Origin: an uncultured Iamiaceae bacterium
GTDB taxonomy: Bacteria; Actinomycetota; Acidimicrobiia; Acidimicrobiales; Iamiaceae
Length of the DNA stretch: 64,000 bases
Assembly (NCBI GenBank): GCA_964449375.1
Contig: CAYVAS010000008.1
Location: 2,172 to 66,171 of the forward strand
Direction: 5' to 3'
Numbering within the stretch: position 1 is the stretch's first letter; each line of letters opens with the position of its first letter. The notes below the pieces were generated by a model. That model was not told the DNA's origin. It did no database searches and saw only the letters and a list, made by a program, of their open reading frames with translations. Made by a program: the position numbers and the translations under genes. This document shows, piece after piece, positions 44,439 to 52,798 of the stretch.

Positions 44439-47400
44439 TCAGGGTTCGGCCCGTCCCTGTGCCGGATCGGACGGTTGGTCCGGGTGGGGAGGCTGCGGGA
44501 CGAGGACGTCGACCAGATCGGTGGGCGCATCGACGCCGAGTTCGGCGATGACCCTGTCGAGTTGGACCTCGACGGTCCGGGTCGAGGTGAACAACTGCTC
44601 GGCGATGGCCCGGATCTGGCTGCCCCGCATCGCCCGTTCCACGATGTCGAGTTCCCGTTCGCTCAAGGGTGAGGCAAGGGGGCGTGCCAACGCATTGGGG
44701 AAGGGGGTGGCCCGTCGCCACAGCGCCGCGGTGGTCACCGCCCGGGCCACCGTCACCTGATCCTCGGCAACGCGCGCCAGGTCGTCGAGGACCTCCGCCA
44801 CGAGCGTGCGTGCACCCGTCGCTGCGAACGTCCCCGCGGCCTCGACGAGGCCGGCGACGTCGCCGTCGGCCTGGGCGGTCGCATGCGCGACCATCGTGTC
44901 GATGAGCGATGCGGTGGTCCGCGCCCCGTGGTGCTGCATGTCGTCCACGACAAGATCGGCTCTTCCGTACCGCACCGCGTCGTAGAGCGAGAGCATCCCG
45001 AGCTGTACATAGGTGCCGTCGATGCAGTGGCGACCGATGTCGGCGACCAGTTCGGCCGCGTCGTCGAAGCGACCCTCCAGCGCCAGGACCGCGGCATCGG
45101 CGCGGCCGATGAAACCGTCGAGGCGGAGGTCGCCGGTCGGGAACGGATCCAGGTCCAGGTGCGCCTGCCGTGCCCGTTCGGCGTCGCCGGCCTGCGCGTA
45201 CGCGAACACCTGCCCGGCACGGGCGATCGGTCCGGCTCGAAACGGATCGGTCTCGTCCGCCGCTCCGCAACCGAGCTCCGCGATCGTAGCGGTGTGGGTC
45301 GACCCCCGGTACAACAGCGGATGCACGATGATCGCTGCGGTGATCCCGTGGAGTCGGCCAGTGTCCGCGCGGCGCTCGACGTGGGGAACGTAGTCAGCCT
45401 CGCAACGGGCCAGGTCGCCTCCCAACGTGACGGACGCGGCGACCAACGCCCAGTACAGGTCGACTTCCTCCGGGCGGGCCGGGCCGACCTCGTCCAGCAT
45501 TCCGGCCATGCCCGTGATCGGCCGGTCGATGTCGGTGAGATCGGCCAGCATGACCTGGGCGAACAGCAGGTTCATCATGGCCGTCCATTCGGTCTGGGTC
45601 GTCAGTCCCTGCATGCGGAGGATCTGGCGGTTCGTGTCCGCTGCGACGGCGAGGCGGCCGAGGATGCCGGCAAGGAAGGCCGCCTCGGATCGCAACTCGA
45701 GGGCGCGTTCGGGCGCGGTCACCCGATCGGCGGCGGTGGAGAGCAACGCCAACGCGCCCTCCGGGTCGTCCGCGTGGTGGGCTCGCAGGGTGCTCCGCCA
45801 CATGGCCACCTGCACGATCGTTGCGTCGTCGTCGGCCAGATCGGCCGCGATCTCCAGGGCGGCCTCCGCCTCGGCCGCGCGCCCCTGCAGACGGAGAACC
45901 TCGCCCACGAGCAGGTGCGCCTCGCGTGGCAACTCGTCGACGGCGAGTTCGCCGAGGGCGCGGGCCCGGTCGAGTGCAAGTGCCGACAGTGCCTCCCGAC
46001 CCGCGGCCAGCGCCACCGCCGCGGGAATCGGGGCGTGGCACTCGTCGAGCCAGGTTGCGGCCCGTAAGGCGTCGCCCGGCAGCGGTGTGGTCGCCGCGGC
46101 AACCCGACCCGCCGCCTCGGCGAGCAACTCCAGTCGCCGCCGCGTCGACATCGCCGCCACGATCGCCTCGGCGACCAGCGGGTGGTCCACCCGCACGATC
46201 CACCGTCCCGAGATCTGCTCGCTGCGAGCCAGGCGGCGCTCTTCGAGCCGATCGAGTTCTCGTCGTTCGTCTTCGGTGAGTGCATCCACCGCCAATGGCT
46301 CCGCGACAGCGAGCAACTCGATCAGCGCGGTCGTCCGCGGCGGCAACAACGCCATCCGTGCGGTCACCATGTCCCGCACGCGCGTGCCGGATGTGAGCTT
46401 CCCGCTCAACTCCCACACCTCGCCCGCAGAGGTCACCAACCCCTGCGCGGCTGCGTCGAGCAGCAACTCGCGCACGAACAGCGGCACCCCCCGGGTGCGG
46501 GTCCAGATCTGGTCGGCGAGGTCGTCGCCGACCGGGGCACCCAGCAACCGTCGGGCCAGCTCGGCAGCGTCGTCCCGGCCGAGCGGTTCGAGGTCGATGC
46601 GCACCACCGCTTCGGACAGCCACAGTCCGGTCAGGTCCGGATGGACCGGCTCGGTGCTGCGGGCGGTTCCGATCAGCACCACGTCGGTGTTGTGCGTCAG
46701 GTCGACCAGGCACCGCACGCTCTCCTCGTCGAGCAGATGGACGTCGTCGACCGCCAGAACCGTGGGACGGCCCGTTGCCCGCTCGTTGAGCGCCATCCGG
46801 ATTCCCGTCAGCTGCTCGGTGAGGTCCGATGCCCCCTCGGGAAGCAGCGACAGCAGCGCACCGAACGGCACCTCCCGAGTGGCTTCCGCGGCCACGAATC
46901 GTTCGGTGTGCCATCCGTGGTCCTTCAACGATTCGAGGACCTCGTCGACCAGTCGGGTCTTGCCAACCCCTGCCTCGCCCAGGAACAGCGAGCCGACGCC
47001 GTCGATGGCCAGCGACCGGGCGCGCTCGAGTGGTGCGTCCCGACCCACAAGGCCGACGTCCCGGGGCATCGACCCGTCGTGGAGTCGGGGGAGTCCCGGC
47101 TCGGCGAGTCCGAGCGCGACCAGGTCCACCGTGGCCGGTTCGACGTCGGGGCGACCGGCGGTGGAGAACCAGCCGGTCGGGGAATCCTCGTCGTTGCCAC
47201 GTGTCGCGTAGTGGTCGGAGAACACCCGGGCGATGAGCTGGCCCCGGCTGCGCACGTCGGCTTTGTCGAAGATGGACTTGAGGTGATCCTGCACCGTGTA
47301 GCGCGACATCGACAGGTCCGCGGCGATGGTCTTGGTGTCGCTCCCGCCGAGAACGTGCTGGGTGACCTCCCGTTCTCGGCTCGTCAGCCCGAACGCGGTG

Positions 47401-48275
47401 GCGATCAGCGGCATGACCTCTGCGGGACGAGCTTCGTCGACGGTCACCACGACCTCACCGGTGATGCCGGCGCGGGCGGCCAGGGGAGCCGCCTGGGCGA
47501 CCAGCCAGCGGCCCAATGACGACCGGAGCCGCGCCCTCGGGACGGGCCACTCTTCGCCAGCATCGTGGCGGCGGGCGACGATGGCCAGGCCCCTGACGAG
47601 GCTGTCCATCGGAGCGTGATGCGGCCCGACGTGGAACTCGTCGAGGAGATCGACGGTTCCGGCGCTCATCCGTCGGATGTTGGCGTCGTGGTCGACGACC
47701 AACACCGCCGGCCCGACCGGCACCTTGCCGCCGTCGGCGTCGACCCGGCCGGCGACCAGCCCGAGTCGGAGGCCTCTGGCAACGGCCTCGGACAGCTCCG
47801 CCAGGGCGCGGACGTCGCTTTCGTCGAAACCGCGTTCACCATCGGCGCGGAACAGGTTCACCCCACCCCAGACGCCGTCGCCGTCGCGGGCCACCATGCG
47901 GAGCTCGTCGTGGTAGCCGGCGGGACCGACCAGCTCCCGCATCCGTGCAGAGTCGGCGCTGCCGCCCGGCAGGTGACTCGTCGCAACAGCCGGAACCTCG
48001 GTGTGTGCGAGGACGGTCAGGCGGGTGGGGTCGTCGCTTCCGTATTCGATCTTCGCCCACTCGCCGTCGAGTCCATGCTGTCCGGCGAGCTTGCCGAACT
48101 TGAGGTTGCCGGTCGTCATCAGGGTCGCCGGGTCGATCGTCAGCACACAGGCCGCGTCGTGAGGGACCGTCGCTTGCAGCAGCTCGACGAGTTGGGCGGC
48201 GAACTCGTTCGTGTCGTGACCCGCATCCGCCAACGACTCGACCCGGGTCAGCAGCCGCTCACTCGATCGACGCAT
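44439..48275 (-). CDS. Fused regulator: GAF-like sensor + LuxR-type HTH, joined in frame to a LAL/MalT-like module (AAA+ Walker A, TPR-like region, second LuxR-type HTH)
   Basis: One uninterrupted ORF. HTH1 is LTSREREVTQHVLGGSDTKTIAADLSMSRYTVQDHLKSIFDKADV (about 47220-47387). Walker A is GEAGVGKTRL (46956-46979) and Walker B-like is LAVDDVHLLD. HTH2 is LSERELDIVERAMRGSQIRAIAEQLFTSTRTVEVQLDRV (about 44530-44666). ATG 48275 was chosen as the start. Confidence 0.75.
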   Translation of the reverse strand: MRRSSERLLTRVESLADAGHDTNEFAAQLVELLQATVPHDAACVLTIDPATLMTTGNLKFGKLAGQHGLDGEWAKIEYGSDDPTRLTVLAHTEVPAVATSHLPGGSADSARMRELVGPAGYHDELRMVARDGDGVWGGVNLFRADGERGFDESDVRALAELSEAVARGLRLGLVAGRVDADGGKVPVGPAVLVVDHDANIRRMSAGTVDLLDEFHVGPHHAPMDSLVRGLAIVARRHDAGEEWPVPRARLRSSLGRWLVAQAAPLAARAGITGEVVVTVDEARPAEVMPLIATAFGLTSREREVTQHVLGGSDTKTIAADLSMSRYTVQDHLKSIFDKADVRSRGQLIARVFSDHYATRGNDEDSPTGWFSTAGRPDVEPATVDLVALGLAEPGLPRLHDGSMPRDVGLVGRDAPLERARSLAIDGVGSLFLGEAGVGKTRLVDEVLESLKDHGWHTERFVAAEATREVPFGALLSLLPEGASDLTEQLTGIRMALNERATGRPTVLAVDDVHLLDEESVRCLVDLTHNTDVVLIGTARSTEPVHPDLTGLWLSEAVVRIDLEPLGRDDAAELARRLLGAPVGDDLADQIWTRTRGVPLFVRELLLDAAAQGLVTSAGEVWELSGKLTSGTRVRDMVTARMALLPPRTTALIELLAVAEPLAVDALTEDERRELDRLEERRLARSEQISGRWIVRVDHPLVAEAIVAAMSTRRRLELLAEAAGRVAAATTPLPGDALRAATWLDECHAPIPAAVALAAGREALSALALDRARALGELAVDELPREAHLLVGEVLRLQGRAAEAEAALEIAADLADDDATIVQVAMWRSTLRAHHADDPEGALALLSTAADRVTAPERALELRSEAAFLAGILGRLAVAADTNRQILRMQGLTTQTEWTAMMNLLFAQVMLADLTDIDRPITGMAGMLDEVGPARPEEVDLYWALVAASVTLGGDLARCEADYVPHVERRADTGRLHGITAAIIVHPLLYRGSTHTATIAELGCGAADETDPFRAGPIARAGQVFAYAQAGDAERARQAHLDLDPFPTGDLRLDGFIGRADAAVLALEGRFDDAAELVADIGRHCIDGTYVQLGMLSLYDAVRYGRADLVVDDMQHHGARTTASLIDTMVAHATAQADGDVAGLVEAAGTFAATGARTLVAEVLDDLARVAEDQVTVARAVTTAALWRRATPFPNALARPLASPLSERELDIVERAMRGSQIRAIAEQLFTSTRTVEVQLDRVIAELGVDAPTDLVDVLVPQPPHPDQPSDPAQGRAEP

Positions 48276-48442
48276 ACGATATAGGTTGGCAGGTTCCCGC
48301 GAGAGTTGGCACGTCGCGCAGCGGTCCGGCAACGACCGCAGCTCGCTCGAGGCCTGACCGGCCGTCCAGCACGGACCCCACACGCACACGGTCTGGTCGG
48401 GCGTGGCCGACGTCCATCGGTCCGCGAACCGCAGCCACTAGG

Positions 48443-48673
48443 GTGGAAAACATGGACGTACCTCGTCGCACACCGCGAATCGGCAACGAGTCCACCCGGA
48501 CCGGCCTCGCCGCGCGCATGAGTCGTTCGACCCAGCGCGGCGACCGGGACGAGGTGATCACCTCTCGGGGAGCCGACGAGTTGCTGGCCAAGGCCCGCGA
48601 AGCCGGTGCCGACGAAGAGGGCCCGGACGAGACGACCCTTTCGGCGGTCGAGTCGCTGCTGCGCGACGTCTGA
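48443..48673 (+). CDS. Small hypothetical protein (73-76 aa)
   Basis: Third-position GC bias is consistent with coding. The start is GTG 48443 or ATG 48452. I recognise no family. It is divergent from the large regulator. Confidence 0.4.
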   Translation: MENMDVPRRTPRIGNESTRTGLAARMSRSTQRGDRDEVITSRGADELLAKAREAGADEEGPDETTLSAVESLLRDV

Positions 48674-48740
48674 GGCGCGGCCCGCCTCCGGGCCGGCGTC
48701 GTCGACGTGAACCGGGCCGCGGCCACCTCGGATCACCTGG

Positions 48741-49616
48741 ATGAAGACCGACTCGGCGATCGGCCGCTTCGTGGAACGCCACCGGTCGCTGCGGATCGGC
48801 GTCATGGTGTTCACCCGCACCGCGGAGTTGAACGGCACCTACGCCGCGAACGCCGTCACGCTGATCGCGTTCGTGTCGCTTTTTCCGCTGGCGCTGCTCA
48901 TCGTGTCGGTCCTGGGTCTGCTGACCGGATCGAACCCGGACCTGAGCACCGACATCGTCGACGCGCTCGGGCTCACCGGGCGGTCCGTCGATCTGGTGAT
49001 CGAGACTCTCGAGCGCGCCCAACGCTCCGGTGCGGCCGGTTCGATCGTCGGCGTGGCGGGGTTCGCGTGGACCGGGCTGAGCCTGGTGGGGGCCCTGCGG
49101 TTCGCGGTGAACCTGCCCCACGGCACCGCGGTCAGTGGGCTGCGGGCCCGCATCCTGGGCATCCCCTGGCTGGTGGGTGCCGGGGCGATCATGGCGGCAT
49201 CGATCGCGGTGTCCGCGGTGCTGCAGTGGCTCCCCGGGTGGACCGCGCCCTTTTCGGTGCTGGTCAGCCTGGCGGTCAGCGTGGGGCTGTTCACCTGGAC
49301 GTTCTGGTTCCTCGACGTCGAACGGCCCGACCCGCGCCTGCTGCTGCCCGGTGCGGTGGCCGCCGCGGTGGGTTTCGAGGTGCTCAAGTGGGTGGGCACC
49401 GCGGTCCTGCCCCGCCTGCTGGCCGGGTCCTCGGCGACCTACGGCGCGCTGGGCACGGTGTTCGCGATCCTGACCTGGCTGCTGATCTTCAGCCGCATCC
49501 TGGTCTACTCGGTGGTGCTCAACGCCGTGGTGGCCGAAGCACGCGACGAAGGTTCGGGCCCCGACGCCGCCGAGGTCGCTTCAGGCCTCGACGACCCGTC
49601 GGAGCACCCGGAGTGA
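48741..49616 (+). CDS. YihY/BrkB family membrane protein
   Basis: YAANAVTLIAFVSLFPLALLIVSVLG, six hydrophobic helices, and YGALGTVFAILTWLLIFSRILVYS. Confidence 0.8.
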   Translation: MKTDSAIGRFVERHRSLRIGVMVFTRTAELNGTYAANAVTLIAFVSLFPLALLIVSVLGLLTGSNPDLSTDIVDALGLTGRSVDLVIETLERAQRSGAAGSIVGVAGFAWTGLSLVGALRFAVNLPHGTAVSGLRARILGIPWLVGAGAIMAASIAVSAVLQWLPGWTAPFSVLVSLAVSVGLFTWTFWFLDVERPDPRLLLPGAVAAAVGFEVLKWVGTAVLPRLLAGSSATYGALGTVFAILTWLLIFSRILVYSVVLNAVVAEARDEGSGPDAAEVASGLDDPSEHPE

Positions 49617-50246
49617 GCCCACGGCCCACTCGTCGGTGAACCGCCCCGAGGCCAGGGCCCGCTGGTAGATCTCGAAGGGTGGCCGGCCACCGTCGGCGGG
49701 GTTCTCGAACACGTCGTGGATGCACAGCAAGCCGTCGGGGGCGACCTTGGGGGTCCAGCTCTCGTAGTCGGTGTGCGCGGGTTCCGAGCCGTGGCCGCCG
49801 TCGATGAAGACCAGCGCCGCCGGGGTCGACCAGTGCGCGGCGACCACCGGGGAGTCACCGACCACGGCGAACACCGACGCCTCCAGGCCCGCATCGGCGA
49901 TGGTGTGGCGGAAGATGCCCAGGGTGTCCATCAGGCCGACGACCGGGTCGACCAGGTCCGGGTCGTGGTGTTCCCATCCGGGTTGGTTCTCCTCGGAGCC
50001 CCGGTGGTGGTCGACCGTGAACAGCACCGTGCCGGCCGCCTCGGCGGCGGAACCCAACCAGATCGACGACTTGCCGCAGTAGGTGCCGATCTCGATCAGG
50101 GGCCGGCCGGGCACCGCCGCGGCGGCCTGCCGGCCCGCGGCGTAGAGCGCGTCGCCTTCCTCGGTGGGCATGAACCCCCGCGCCGCGATGGCCTTGGCCA
50201 GCCGCTTGGCGGGCATGGCGGGGATCGTCTCCCGGTCGTTGCTCAC
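49581..50246 (-). CDS. Class I SAM-dependent methyltransferase (Methyltransf_24 / O-MT family 3-like)
   Basis: LIEIGTYCGKSSIWLG and ALVFIDGGHGSEPAHTDYESW. The GTG start overlaps the GtrA stop (GTGA). The 3' end overlaps the convergent YihY gene by 36 nt. Confidence 0.8.
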   Translation of the reverse strand: MSNDRETIPAMPAKRLAKAIAARGFMPTEEGDALYAAGRQAAAAVPGRPLIEIGTYCGKSSIWLGSAAEAAGTVLFTVDHHRGSEENQPGWEHHDPDLVDPVVGLMDTLGIFRHTIADAGLEASVFAVVGDSPVVAAHWSTPAALVFIDGGHGSEPAHTDYESWTPKVAPDGLLCIHDVFENPADGGRPPFEIYQRALASGRFTDEWAVGSLRVLRRVVEA

Positions 50247-50821
50247 CAGGTTTCGGCCTCGGCGCGCACCGCGGTCACCGCCGGGGACGTGGCACCGCCG
50301 GCGGCCTCGGAGACCGGAGTCGACCCGCTGGCGCCGGCCTCGGCCCGGTCACCGGCCCCGACGCGGTCGGTCTTGAACGAGATCTTGTCGAGCACGAAGA
50401 ACTGGACCATCCACAGGATCCCGAAGCCGAGCGCGTTCGCGGCGTTGATCTGGAGCTGTTGGAACGCGGTGGGGCGCTGCCCCATGGGAAGGTCCTGCCA
50501 CATCGCCACCAGACCGACCAGCAGCGTCGACAACAGCAGCCCCGCGAAGGAGAACGCCCAGAACGGCGCGACCTCCTTGGTGAGGTTGGAGCGTCCGCGT
50601 TTCTGCCAGACCCAGGCCCGGTTCATGTAGTAGCTGACCGGAGTGGCGATTCCCACGGCCACGATGTTGGACACCGAGGCGCGCCAGCCGACCAGACCGT
50701 GCAGCACGGCCAGGGCCACCTGGGTGATCACCGTGGCGACGCCCGAGACCATCGCGTAGAACACGAAGCGCCGGCCCAGGTGCCGACGGACCAGGTCGGC
50801 GGAACGGGCGACTGCGGGCAT
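50243..50821 (-). CDS. GtrA family membrane protein (paralogue 1)
   Basis: FVFYAMVSGVATVITQVAL...YYMNRAWVWQKRGRSNLTKEVAPFWAFSFAGLLLS. Confidence 0.85.
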   Translation of the reverse strand: MPAVARSADLVRRHLGRRFVFYAMVSGVATVITQVALAVLHGLVGWRASVSNIVAVGIATPVSYYMNRAWVWQKRGRSNLTKEVAPFWAFSFAGLLLSTLLVGLVAMWQDLPMGQRPTAFQQLQINAANALGFGILWMVQFFVLDKISFKTDRVGAGDRAEAGASGSTPVSEAAGGATSPAVTAVRAEAETW

Positions 50822-50872
50822 CGGGCAAGCGTACAGGGCCGCGACCGGGCGCGACCACCGGCGCCGCGGGCC

Positions 50873-51430
50873 TCAGGCGCCCTCGACGACCTCGTCTTCG
50901 CGTTCGACGGCCGCGTCGTCGGCCAACGGGCCGGCATTGCCGAACAGCAGCTTGTCGAGCACGAAGAACTTGGCGACCCACAGGATCCCGAACCCACCGA
51001 CGTTGCCCAGCATGACCCGGAAGGTGTCCATGGCCGAGGCGGTCTCACCCGGCTGGATGTTCGGGCCGATCCACGCGACCAGCAGGGTGGAGAACACCAG
51101 TCCGGCGAAGGAGAACGCCCAGAACGGGATGACCTCCTTGGTCAGGTGGTTCTTGCCGTACTTGCCCCATACCCAGGCCCGATTCAACAGGTAGGCGGGG
51201 ATCGACGACACCGCCACGGCGATGAAGTTGGTGAGCAGGTCCGGCACGCCGAAGCCGCGGGTGAGGATGATGATGCAGATCTGGCTGACGGTCATGCCCA
51301 CGACCGACACCATCGAGTACTTGATCCATTTCCGGCCGGCGTCGGAGCGGGAGAACGCGGCCAGGCCGCGCGGGGTCAGGTCCACAGGCCGCACACTATC
51401 GGAGGAGGCTGGGCACTCCGCCGTGGGCAC
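50873..51430 (-). CDS. GtrA family membrane protein (paralogue 2)
   Basis: WIKYSMVSVVGMTVSQICI...YLLNRAWVWGKYGKNHLTKEVIPFWAFSFAGLVFS. It is a clear paralogue of the adjacent gene. Confidence 0.85.
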   Translation of the reverse strand: MPTAECPASSDSVRPVDLTPRGLAAFSRSDAGRKWIKYSMVSVVGMTVSQICIIILTRGFGVPDLLTNFIAVAVSSIPAYLLNRAWVWGKYGKNHLTKEVIPFWAFSFAGLVFSTLLVAWIGPNIQPGETASAMDTFRVMLGNVGGFGILWVAKFFVLDKLLFGNAGPLADDAAVEREDEVVEGA

Positions 51431-51463
51431 CGGCGCCCAGGTCGTCGTGGTCGCCTCGGTGCA

Positions 51464-52669
51464 TCAACCCGGGGGCGGGGGCACCAGCCGGTTGCTGCGG
51501 GCGATCTCGCCGAACCAGGCCGCCGAGGGTTTGGGGCGGCGGGCGAAGGTGGTGCGGTCGACCTCGACCAGCCCGAAGCGAGGGCCGTAGCCGAAGGCCC
51601 ATTCGAAGTTGTCCAGCAGCGACCAGTAGGTGTACCCGCGCACGTCGATGCCGTCGTCGAGGGCCCGGAGCACGCCGCCGAGGGCCTGGTGGACATAGTC
51701 GATGCGTTGGGCGTCGTCGTCGGTTCCGATGCCGTTCTCGGTCACCCACAGCGGCACCCGCCCGCCGGTCACCTCCCAGGCCCGCCGCAGGGTCGCCTCG
51801 ATGGCCGCGGGCCAGAACTCGTAGCCCATGATCAGCATCGGCACCCCTTCGGCACCGTCGAAGCGCTGCCCGTCGGCGTCGACCCGGGTGCGCGAGTAGG
51901 CCTGCACGCCGAGGAAGTCGTCGCCGTCGACGGCTTCGAGGAACACGTCCTCCATGCCCCGACGGATCCGTTCCAGCTTCTCCTCCCCGCCGGGCAGCGC
52001 CTGGTAGTCGGCCATCGACAGGGTCAGCCCCACGGGAACCCCGGGGGCGGCGGCCCGGATCGCCTCGACGCTGCGGCGGTGGGCGTCGACGAAGTGGGCG
52101 TTGACCATCCGGCGGGCCGGAACGTCCTGACGACCCGGCGGGAAGACCCCGGCCAGGTACCCCATGGTGGCCACGATGTTGGGCTCGTTGATCGTGCACG
52201 CGGCCCCGATCACGTCGCCCAACGCCTCGGCGACCACCCGGCAGTACGCGGCGAACCGTTCCGGTGTCGCCGGGTCCTCCCAGCCGCCGCGTTCGGCCAG
52301 CCAGATCGGCGTGGTGAAGTGGTGGAAGGTCACCACCGGGGTGATGCCCCGGTCCCGCAGGGCCACACACAGCGCCCGGTAGCGGTCCAGCGCCACCCGG
52401 GAGAACTCGCCGGGGGCCGGTTCGATACGACTCCATTCCAGCGAGAAGCGGTAGGCGCCCAGGCCCATCGCCGCGACGGCCTCGACGTCGTCGGTGAAGC
52501 GGTGCCACGAGTCGCACGCGTCGCCGCTGGACTCGGCACAGCCGCTGCCCTCGGTGTGCTCCCACACCCACCAGTCGTTGTTGACGTTGCCGCCTTCGAT
52601 CTGGTGAGCCGCGGTGGCCGTGCCCCACACGAAGCCGTCGGGGAAGGCCAGGGACTGCTCGTCGCTCAT
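51464..52669 (-). CDS. GH1 beta-glucosidase
   Basis: FVWGTATAAHQIEGG, the acid/base motif TINEPN, and the nucleophile motif VTENGIG. Confidence 0.92.
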   Translation of the reverse strand: MSDEQSLAFPDGFVWGTATAAHQIEGGNVNNDWWVWEHTEGSGCAESSGDACDSWHRFTDDVEAVAAMGLGAYRFSLEWSRIEPAPGEFSRVALDRYRALCVALRDRGITPVVTFHHFTTPIWLAERGGWEDPATPERFAAYCRVVAEALGDVIGAACTINEPNIVATMGYLAGVFPPGRQDVPARRMVNAHFVDAHRRSVEAIRAAAPGVPVGLTLSMADYQALPGGEEKLERIRRGMEDVFLEAVDGDDFLGVQAYSRTRVDADGQRFDGAEGVPMLIMGYEFWPAAIEATLRRAWEVTGGRVPLWVTENGIGTDDDAQRIDYVHQALGGVLRALDDGIDVRGYTYWSLLDNFEWAFGYGPRFGLVEVDRTTFARRPKPSAAWFGEIARSNRLVPPPPG

Positions 52670-52798
52670 GGGACGGGAAGCCTAGGTGCTGCCGGGTGGC
52701 GCGACGCTGCAGCCGGACCGGCCGCGCGCAGGGGTGTGGGAGACTCGGTCGATGCCACGGTGGATCCAGACCCTGACCGGCCGGGTGGGCGGTGCTGG

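Noticed and set aside
48276-48389. A 38-codon upstream extension of the large LuxR-type ORF (track start 48389)
   Set aside because: The extension (MCVWGPCWTAGQASSELRS...) is Cys/Trp-rich and looks unlike protein. ATG 48275 (MRRSSERLLTRVESL) gives a plausible N-terminus. The choice is not experimentally verified.
50459-52798. The first 780 codons of the 1240-aa ORF 50459..54181
   Set aside because: This part is antisense to two GtrA genes and the GH1 gene and is compositionally off-frame (Gly/Arg/His/Asp-rich). The real product begins at ATG 52799 with a twin-Arg/lipobox signal and a PQQ-dehydrogenase propeller.
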